A stretch of 64,000 nucleotides of DNA from an uncultured Planctomycetaceae bacterium (GTDB lineage: Bacteria; Planctomycetota; Planctomycetia; Isosphaerales; Isosphaeraceae): positions 2,048,001-2,112,000 of the forward strand of contig CAWIAD010000001.1 in the NCBI GenBank assembly GCA_963833985.1, read 5' to 3'. Shown here piece by piece: positions 56,925-64,000 of this stretch. The position numbers and the translations under genes are program-made. The notes beneath the pieces are model-generated. The model was not told the DNA's origin and did no database searches. It worked only from the letters and a program-made list of their open reading frames with translations. Within the stretch, counting starts at the first letter, position 1. Each line of letters begins with the position of its first letter.

Positions 56925-57005
56925 CTAGAGCCGGTCGCACGCGGCGACCAGGCCGAAAAAGAGCCCGAACAGCAGCATTCCAAGGGCAAACGTCGCAATG
57001 GCCAA
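56925..57005 (-). CDS. 26-aa hydrophobic peptide upstream of kdpF
   Basis: AGGAG-N7-TTG start gives MAIATFALGMLLFGLFFGLVAACDRL*, a single TM helix; not in the ORF track. Confidence 0.7.
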   Translation of the reverse strand: MAIATFALGMLLFGLFFGLVAACDRL

Positions 57006-57189
57006 GGTACGTCTCCTGAGAAGGGCCTTGAGGGTTCAAGAGACCCACGCGGGCCGTTTCCAAGCACCAGAAACGGGACAGAACAGTGATCTCGGCCGGG
57101 ACTGCGGCTGCGGCCAGCGCATGTTCTGGCGATCCCCGGAAGTCGGCGTCGATCCCGCTTCGGCAATCGCCAGTCGCCAGGCCCGAACG

Positions 57190-57813
57190 CTACATTTGCA
57201 GCAGCTCTCCGACGGCACGGAACGAGAAGGTGTCAGGGTGCAGTCGGCAGGACTGAAGTGCCTGACGCAGCTTCTGCACCTGCGGCGTGCCCGGCCGGAG
57301 GCTGTCCGACACACGCAGGAAGAACTCGGCATCGTCGAACTCGCGGCGCTCCAGAGCCAGCCGGCAACGCCTGAGGTTCTCCTCGAACAGGGCGCTTGGA
57401 CCAGGAGGTACCGGCTCCTGCCGATCCAGAGCGTGCCGGGTCGCGGCCCGGGCGCAGGCCTGGGCGGTGACGGACCGCAGCGTGGTCGGGCTGATGGGCT
57501 TGGGCAAGAAATCCAGGGCACCGAGCTTCATCGCCGCCACGGCGTCGGGAACGCTGCCGTGCGCCGTGATGATGATTACCGGTGTATCGTCGCCGGCATC
57601 ACGCAGCCGCGCCAGGGTCTCCATGCCGCAGGCCCTGGGCATCTTCAGATCGAGCAAGATCAGATCGGTCGGCACCTGACGAAGCTGCTCGAGCGCCTCG
57701 TCGCCGTCGCCCGCCTCGGTCACCTGGTACCCGATCGCTTCCAGGGCGGTCCGGAAGACGAGCCGGACATTGGGCTCATCATCCACGATCAGGATTCGTT
57801 GGCTCGTATCCAT
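57190..57813 (-). CDS. Response regulator (receiver + helical C-terminal domain)
   Basis: ILIVDDE, LLDLKMP, ITAHGS and FLPKP; the C-terminus has no obvious HTH. Confidence 0.9.
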   Translation of the reverse strand: MDTSQRILIVDDEPNVRLVFRTALEAIGYQVTEAGDGDEALEQLRQVPTDLILLDLKMPRACGMETLARLRDAGDDTPVIIITAHGSVPDAVAAMKLGALDFLPKPISPTTLRSVTAQACARAATRHALDRQEPVPPGPSALFEENLRRCRLALERREFDDAEFFLRVSDSLRPGTPQVQKLRQALQSCRLHPDTFSFRAVGELLQM

Positions 57814-57838
57814 GGACTCGCCTGCATCCTCCCCTGAA

Positions 57839-59734
57839 TCAAACCTGGCTCACGGTGAGCCGGTTCTGGCCGGACATCCCGGTCCCGTCCTGCTCTTCCA
57901 TGGCCGCCGGCAGACTGAACGTGAAGGTCGTCCCCTTGCCGAGCGTGCTCTGAACTTCGATCTGACCGCCGTGGGCGACGATGATCTCGTGCACGATCGC
58001 CAGCCCGAGCCCGGCCCCACCCTGGTGCCTTGCCCCGGGCGCACGGAAAAACTTGTCAAAGACGCGCGGCAGGAACTGTGCGGGAATGCCCTCGCCGCTG
58101 TCTTCCACCGTGAACCGTACCTGGCCTGGCTGCACGGCTGCCGCCCGCAAGGTGATGGTCCCCCCGCGTCCGGTATGCCGCAGCGCGTTGGTCATGAGGT
58201 TGTCGAAGACGTGCTGGATCCGCTCCCCGTCCACCAGGACCTGGGACAGATGCGGATCGAGCTGCGTCCGCAGCGTGATCCCTGCGTCCTGTGCTGCCGG
58301 CCTGTGCCGTTCGAGCGCATCGCTGACCAGCGACTCGGCGGCGGCCGGTTGCTGCTCGAGCGCCACGCGCCCCTGCTCGATCCGGGTCAGGTCAAGCAGA
58401 TCATTGATCATGCCCAGCAGCCGGTCAGAATCTTGCCGCGCCGCCAGGAGCAACTCCGTCTGCTTGGGCGAGAGCGGCCCCACCGCCTCCTCGAGCAGCA
58501 AGTGGACGACCATTTGCAAGCTGGTCAGAGGCGTCTTCAGCTCGTGGCTGACGGTCGAGATCATGTCGCTCTTGAGCTGATCCAGGAGATGGAACTTCGT
58601 GACGTCGGAAAGCACGACCGCGGCACCGAGCAGCTCTCCCGAGTCGCTGCGGATCCGCAGCACGCGCGGCAGAAAATAGCGGTCCTGGTTGCCGTCGCGG
58701 AGAAACATCGCCTGTTCCAGGCTCAGCGGGAGGTAGTCTGCCTGACCCTGGAGCACGGAATCGAGATGCGCCTTGAGCGCCGGCGGGGCGATCCAGGGCA
58801 ACGCCTCTCCCGCCGCATCGGGCATGACTTGCAGGAGCCTTCTGGCAGCCGGGTTGGCGCGCTCCACGCCTCCCTGGAGATCGACCACGACGACGGGATC
58901 GGGGAACGAGTCGATCGTGGCCTGAGCCGTCTTCTGGGCCCGCAGGAGGCGCAGCGTCCCCGCTTCGCGGTACTCACGAACCGTCCGGGCCATGGTATTG
59001 AACGCCTGACCCAGCTCTCCCAGCTCATCCTGGGTCGTCGCGGGCACCACCTGGTTCAGGTTTCCCTGCGCCACGGCACGCGCGGCCTGGGTCACGGCCA
59101 CGATCGGTTCCAGGATCAGCCGCGTGAGCACCCGCGCCGAGGCAATCGCCAGGCCGACGGCCACCAGCAGCGCCGTGATCATCAACCGGGTGGAACTGGC
59201 CGCGTTTCGAAGTGCCTGCTCGTTCATCTCTTCCATGTTGCGCTGGTTCAGGAACAGGACGCGGTCCTCAAGCTTGCGAAGGTTTTCAAACCGGGGGAGG
59301 AGCCTCGCGAAATAAAGGTCGGCCCGGTCGGCGGTGGTGGTGTTCCCCACCAGCCTGAAGTAGTCGTCGGCCTGCTTGAGATACTCCTGGTACTCGGCTG
59401 TCAGTTCGGCAACGAGTTCACGCTCGCCGGGAACCGTGATGTTGTTCTGCTCCACCTGGAGCTGGCGTTCGAATTCCTCCTTCGACCTGTCGAACGAATC
59501 GCGAGCGTGGCCATACCGCCCACTGAAGGAAAACATGAGCGCTGAGTCCATCCGCTCGAGTGCTTCTTTCATCCGTTCCACGGCAATCACGCTGCGGTAG
59601 TTCTCACGCAGGATCACGTCGATACTGCCTCCCAGTCCGTAGAACATGGCAATGGCCCAGAGCCCAAGGCCGATGAGGATTGCCAGCAACGGCAGGAAGC
59701 CAAACAGCAGCTTCAGTCGCAACGTTTTGAACAT
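57839..59734 (-). CDS. Sensor histidine kinase (periplasmic helical sensor, HAMP, PAS, HisKA, HATPase; KinB-like architecture)
   Basis: Two TMs, ENYRSV, DELGELGQAFNTM, PAS, VSHELKTPLT, NLMTNA, EDSGEGI and GAGLGL. Confidence 0.95.
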   Translation of the reverse strand: MFKTLRLKLLFGFLPLLAILIGLGLWAIAMFYGLGGSIDVILRENYRSVIAVERMKEALERMDSALMFSFSGRYGHARDSFDRSKEEFERQLQVEQNNITVPGERELVAELTAEYQEYLKQADDYFRLVGNTTTADRADLYFARLLPRFENLRKLEDRVLFLNQRNMEEMNEQALRNAASSTRLMITALLVAVGLAIASARVLTRLILEPIVAVTQAARAVAQGNLNQVVPATTQDELGELGQAFNTMARTVREYREAGTLRLLRAQKTAQATIDSFPDPVVVVDLQGGVERANPAARRLLQVMPDAAGEALPWIAPPALKAHLDSVLQGQADYLPLSLEQAMFLRDGNQDRYFLPRVLRIRSDSGELLGAAVVLSDVTKFHLLDQLKSDMISTVSHELKTPLTSLQMVVHLLLEEAVGPLSPKQTELLLAARQDSDRLLGMINDLLDLTRIEQGRVALEQQPAAAESLVSDALERHRPAAQDAGITLRTQLDPHLSQVLVDGERIQHVFDNLMTNALRHTGRGGTITLRAAAVQPGQVRFTVEDSGEGIPAQFLPRVFDKFFRAPGARHQGGAGLGLAIVHEIIVAHGGQIEVQSTLGKGTTFTFSLPAAMEEQDGTGMSGQNRLTVSQV

Positions 59735-59765
59735 GCTCTTGCTCGTCACATCGAGACCCATTCAA

Positions 59766-59781
59766 AGCAAGCGCCATGCCA
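59766..59781 (-). promoter_or_regulatory. Sigma-54 promoter of the kinase (and possibly downstream kdp) operon
   Basis: Minus strand TGGCATGGCGCTTGCT is a near-consensus -24/-12 promoter, 31 nt upstream of the kinase ATG. Confidence 0.8.
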
Positions 59782-59868
59782 GGCTCGTAGCCGCGAGCGG
59801 AAGTCATGGCCCGTCGTTGATTTATGATTTCTGGCCCAGTTCAGACGTGCGATCCGGGGCCGGCCGCC

Positions 59869-59919
59869 GTCATGCATTCCGCAAGACCTGGACCCCCGCG
59901 GGTCATGCAAGTTGCAAGA
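59869..59919. promoter_or_regulatory. Tandem candidate enhancer (activator-binding) sites
   Basis: GTCATGCATTCCGCAAGA (59869) and GTCATGCAAGTTGCAAGA (59902) are 33 bp apart, each with a TGCA-N3-(T/C)GCA dyad, about 90-140 bp upstream of the sigma-54 site. Confidence 0.6.
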
Positions 59920-59998
59920 GCCAGAAGTGGGCGGCGTGCTTCACTCCAGGGCAGGGCGGGGGGGCCGTACCCGTCCCTGCCCAGCGTCGCCGACCCGT

Positions 59999-61347
59999 TC
60001 AAAGCCCCAGTTGTTTTCGCTTGCGGTAAAGCGTGCTGGGATCGATGCCGAGGATGCGCGCGGCCTCATCCCGCGTTTCCGTGTTCTGGAGGATGAGCCG
60101 GATGTGCTCGGCCTCGAGTTGCTCGAGCGTGAACCGGCCACCCGGCCGGATCATTCCCTGGGGCCTCTCTGTCTCACCGGAAGGCGCGCCGGCCACACGT
60201 CCGGGCAGATCACCGAGCTCGATTGGACCGTCGCAAGCGAACAGCACGGCGCGCTCGATGGCATTGCGCAGCTCTCTCAGGTTCCCCGGCCAGGAGTACA
60301 TGGACATTGCCTCCCGGGCCGCGGCCGAGAAGCCATCGGGTTTGTGGCCGAGCTGGCGGCTGAAGAAAGAGAGCAAGGCCGTGGCCAGCTCCATCCGGTC
60401 GGCACGCATACGAAGCGGAGGAAGAGTGAACTCGACGACATTGAGCCGATAGAGCAGGTCCTCCCGGAATCGACCGGCGGCGACCTCGGTCTCGAGATCA
60501 CGGTTGGTCGCCGCGATCAACCGCACCTCGGCGCTCTGCGTGCGGGTGTCGCCGACCCGCTCGTACTTGCGCTCCTGTAGAAACCGCAGGAGTTTGGGTT
60601 GCAGGGGCAAGGGCAAGTCGGCGATCTCATCCAGGAAGAGCGTGCCGCCGGCGGCCGCGGCCACCTTGCCGAAGGTATCACGGACCGCGCCCGTGAATGC
60701 GCCCGGACGTGACCGAACATCTCGCTCTCCAGCAAGTCGCTACTCAGGCTGGGGCAGCTTACCGTCACAAACGGCCCGGACGCCCTTCCGCTCCAGCCGT
60801 GGATCCGCCTGGCAAGAACGCCCTTTCCCGTGCCGCTCTCGCCCCTGACCAGGACGATCGCGTCGCTGGCGGCCACGCGCCGGGCCTGCTGGAGGATCCT
60901 GGCGAGCTGCGGATCCGAGCTTTCCAGGACCGCCTCCGGCACCTCGCTGCGGACCTGCTCCTCGAGATCCGCGACGCGCCGGTGCAGCTTGCGAAACTGC
61001 TCCGTGCGCTCCAGCACCGCACGGATCTGTGCTGGAGTGAAGGGCTTGGGCAGAAAATCGAAAGCGCCTCGGCGCATCGCCTCCACCGCGCTGTCAATGC
61101 TGCCATGGGCCGTGATGATCACCACGGCCAGGTGGGGCCGTTCCCGGAGCGCCTGCTCCATGAGGTCCAGTCCCGATTCCACCCCCAGACGCAAATCCAC
61201 CAGCAATGCGTCGTAGGAGTTCCGCTCGAGCTGCGCCAGGGCAGAGGACCGGTCGGTCGCCTCCGCGGCTTTGTGGCCCATGGCTTCGAGGGCGATCTTC
61301 AGGGTCTGGCGGATGTGCGGCTCGTCATCGACGACCAGGATGCGCAT
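59999..61347 (-). CDS. Sigma-54-dependent NtrC/AlgB-like response regulator (apparent frameshift ~60702)
   Basis: Receiver domain, GESGTGKG and ESEMFGHVR; one added G restores GAFTGA; then [28 protein letters not shown] and a Fis-type HTH. Confidence 0.93.
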
Positions 61348-61455
61348 GGCAAGGGGACCACAGCAGGTGAGCGAGTTCGCGTTCACCCTATTGTGGCACA
61401 CCGGCGGCAGCGGTGGGAATTCCGCCCTCGCCCTGAGGGGCGGAGCCTCGTTCGC

Positions 61456-63327
61456 TCATGAACTGGTGCAGGAGTGGTCCGCGGCGATGGGAGCCGCCCT
61501 GTCGGCCGCGCTCTGGCGGCCTCGTTTCTGCTCGGCGAAGAAGTTTTCGAGGTTCGACCGCGCCGTGCGGTCCTCGGGGCAAAGCTTGAGTGCCTTGACC
61601 AGGTGCGAGCGAGCCTCGTATGTCTTCCCCTGGAGGGCCAGGATCACACCCAGGTCGCGATGCGCCTCGGCGAGGTAGGGGTCCAGCTCCAGCGCCCGCC
61701 GCAACGGATCCTCGGCCAGGTCCGGGTGGTGCAGCAGCAGCAGCAAGCTGGCCAGGTGATGATGCATCTTGGGCAAATCGGGCGCGAAGTCCACGCCCCG
61801 GCGCATGGTACGGATGGCCTCGATATCATTCCCCTGCCGGGCCAATGCCTCGGCCAGGTAGAGATGCGCCTTGGCCGAACGCGGCGCGATCCGCACCGCC
61901 GCCTGGTACTGCACCATGGCGTCGTCGTCGAAACCCACCTGGGTCAATGCCAGCGCGAGATTGCCGTGTGCCTCGAGGGAACGGTCGGACCCGACCTGCA
62001 AGGCATGGTCCCAGAGCGCCACCGAATGACGCCAGGTCGCGCACTGGTACCAGCTCAGGCAGCAAAGGACCAGGGCTGCCGTGACCGCAAGGCCGGCCGA
62101 GGCAATCCGGATGGCCGGCCGACATCCCAGGAGCCGCACCAGCAAGAAGGCCAGTACGGGCACCCAGGGAAGGCTTGCGGCATAGCTGTAGCGGTCGGCC
62201 GCGAGCTGCGGGCTGTAGCGAACGAGCCCCGAGTTGGGTGCCAGGATGATGAGGTAGGCCACCCATGCTGCCGCGAAGGCCGGCCACCGTCTGCGCTCTC
62301 GCCAGGCGAGCAGGCTGACAGCGAGCACGCCGGCCGCGCACGCCGCGAAGCCTGGCTGCGTGAGCCGCACCCACCTGTCCTCCTCACGGGGATAGACGAT
62401 TGTCAGGCCGATGGGAAGCATCGTCTTGGCGGGATAGAACCAGAGCCCGTAGGCCGCGTCGGCGAGCCGTGCGGAGAGCGGAGCCGCCACCGGCTCTCCG
62501 CTGTCGAACTGCGGGTAGTTCTTCGCCCGGTAGGCCAGGTACATCATCACCAGGCTGAAGATGAGGAGGGGCAGCTTCTCCGCCAGGATGGTCGCCCACC
62601 GCCAGCAAGCGCAAATGCGTGTCCCGTCCTGCCGAAACCGGCCCAGCGGGTGGGCATCCAGGACCAGGAGCAGCAGCGGGTAAGTCACGGCCACGGCCTT
62701 GAAGAGCATCGCGGCCGCTCCAAGCAGGTAGCCGCCGGCCAGGTAGATTCTCCGGGTCGACCAGGGAATCTCCCCATCAAAGGCTTTCACGTATGCGGCG
62801 ATTCCCAGCAGCATGCATAGCACGCTGGGCAGATAGGGCTGAGCCGAAAGCCAGACCACCGCCTCGGTACGGAGCGGGTGAACGCCGTACAGGAGCGTGG
62901 CCAGACCCACGCCAAGCAATTCCGCTCGCGAGTTCCGGCCGGGCCGGCCGCGCCGGGCGCGATCGAGCAAGATCCAGGCGGCCGCGAACAGTGCCACGCA
63001 GGTCATGGCGTGCAAGCCAAGACTCACCGCGTGATAGCCGCCAGGGTGTAGACTCCAGAGCGCGAACTCCAGGAAGATGAGGACCCAGGACAGGGGCTGG
63101 TAAACACCCAGCCAGCAGGTTGTCCAGGCCCAGGCCAGCTTCTTACAAACCGCATAGTTAAGCGCCTGGTTGCCGACGAAGTTCCGGTTATCGTCCATGT
63201 TCACGAAATCACAGCCGATCGCCGGCAGGAAGGCGATGACCGCCGCAACCGCGATCCAGAAGCCAATGCGCAATCCCAGACGACGACTGGAGCTCTCCTG
63301 ATCCTCTTCCCCGCTCACCCGATTCAT
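61456..63327 (-). CDS. TMTC-like polytopic GT-C glycosyltransferase with C-terminal TPRs
   Basis: DFVNMDD, YQPLSW, HPLRTEAVVW, ADRYSY, multiple TMs and several TPRs. Confidence 0.85.
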   Translation of the reverse strand: MNRVSGEEDQESSSRRLGLRIGFWIAVAAVIAFLPAIGCDFVNMDDNRNFVGNQALNYAVCKKLAWAWTTCWLGVYQPLSWVLIFLEFALWSLHPGGYHAVSLGLHAMTCVALFAAAWILLDRARRGRPGRNSRAELLGVGLATLLYGVHPLRTEAVVWLSAQPYLPSVLCMLLGIAAYVKAFDGEIPWSTRRIYLAGGYLLGAAAMLFKAVAVTYPLLLLVLDAHPLGRFRQDGTRICACWRWATILAEKLPLLIFSLVMMYLAYRAKNYPQFDSGEPVAAPLSARLADAAYGLWFYPAKTMLPIGLTIVYPREEDRWVRLTQPGFAACAAGVLAVSLLAWRERRRWPAFAAAWVAYLIILAPNSGLVRYSPQLAADRYSYAASLPWVPVLAFLLVRLLGCRPAIRIASAGLAVTAALVLCCLSWYQCATWRHSVALWDHALQVGSDRSLEAHGNLALALTQVGFDDDAMVQYQAAVRIAPRSAKAHLYLAEALARQGNDIEAIRTMRRGVDFAPDLPKMHHHLASLLLLLHHPDLAEDPLRRALELDPYLAEAHRDLGVILALQGKTYEARSHLVKALKLCPEDRTARSNLENFFAEQKRGRQSAADRAAPIAADHSCTSS

Positions 63328-63608
63328 CTCCAGGGCTCCCCGGCTAACCTCCGAGAGTGGCGCAACGCGGTCCCCACACCTTTTAAATAGAACATGAAAG
63401 GCAATCGCTCAAACGACGGCCATTCCATGATCTCATGCGACGATACGAGATCCGGATCGCCCGGCCGCTGCCGGGGCCTCGGCGCTCGACCACAAAGTGA
63501 GTCTTTGCTCGTGACTTCCGCGATGACACCGGTATTATTCAGAGGACGCACTCATCTAGCTATTCATAGCATCAACTTCGCCCGGAATTTGAGCGAGGAG
63601 GTCTGGAC

Positions 63609-64000
63609 ATGATCTCCGGTTCCCGGTGTATGCACTGCCAGCACGAACTGGCTCCCCCGGATGCACTGCGCCGCGGGCCACTCCGTTGCCCTGGCTGCGG
63701 CCGCGTGGTGGCCGACGAGGCTGCTTGCGAATCCGACCGGACAGCGCCCGTGGACAGGGTCGAATTGAGTCCGCCGGCCGCCGTCACGGCGATTTATGAT
63801 CTTGTCATCCCTGACACGGAGTTGCCCGGGGCAATGGCCCTGGACTCAGCCTTGCCGCTTCGCTGCACGGCTGCTGCGGTCACGGGCCAGGCGAGGGCAG
63901 CCGAGGAGCGTACGCTGCTCGAGATCGTCAAGGATAGCGCCCTGGGAGCAAGTCAGCTGCAAGGACTCAGCCTCTGTCTGGTGGCGCTGAGCATTGCGGA
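63609..64000 (+). CDS. Zinc-ribbon protein, partial (runs off the window end)
   Basis: GAGGAG RBS, then MISGSRCMHCQHEL...LRCPGCG; open to the end of the window, where a hydrophobic segment begins. Not in the ORF track because no stop is present. Confidence 0.7.
   Translation, partial: MISGSRCMHCQHELAPPDALRRGPLRCPGCGRVVADEAACESDRTAPVDRVELSPPAAVTAIYDLVIPDTELPGAMALDSALPLRCTAAAVTGQARAAEERTLLEIVKDSALGASQLQGLSLCLVALSIA

Noticed and set aside
57006..57189. Sigma-54 promoter directly ahead of kdpF
   Set aside because: The best candidate, TGGCGACTGGCGATTGC, has the wrong GG-to-GC spacing.
52803..59545. Long plus-strand ORFs opposite kdpB, kdpA and the kinase
   Set aside because: Antisense shadows with no independent protein features.

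Overview
GC-rich, gene-dense 64 kb region from a planctomycete, probably Isosphaeraceae. The taxonomic inference rests on a DUF1559 prepilin-like gene, an LEPRxLL-type extracellular leader and a lineage-typical C-terminal domain. From left to right: (1) assorted enzyme genes (arginase-fold, permuted papain-like amidase, phytoene-desaturase-like oxidoreductase, YhaM-like nuclease, YHS lipoprotein); (2) a nitrogen-assimilation cluster (type III glutamine synthetase, BBP2-type porin, CPA2 antiporter, PII, Amt) with candidate sigma-54 promoters; (3) a secreted vWA protein next to an orphan ABC permease, then an LRR protein; (4) a ~3,900-aa secreted TPR/DUF1583-like protein transcribed divergently from a MoxR-DUF58-vWA-vWA-coiled-coil operon, the two separated by a 3 kb insertion patch (complete IS4-family element with an 11-bp target duplication, DUF6232-like gene, IS701-like remnant); (5) a di-heme cytochrome, an S46 peptidase, a DUF1080-like protein and a DUF1559 pair; (6) kdpFABC with a truncated kdpD and no kdpE, preceded by a histidine kinase, a response regulator, a near-consensus sigma-54 promoter and an NtrC-family activator; (7) a TMTC-like glycosyltransferase and a partial zinc-ribbon gene. 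Nine apparent frameshifts all lie at GCGC. They are most likely systematic sequencing errors and may indicate a methylated motif. No rRNA, tRNA or CRISPR array was seen. All family assignments come from motif recognition by eye, not from database searches.
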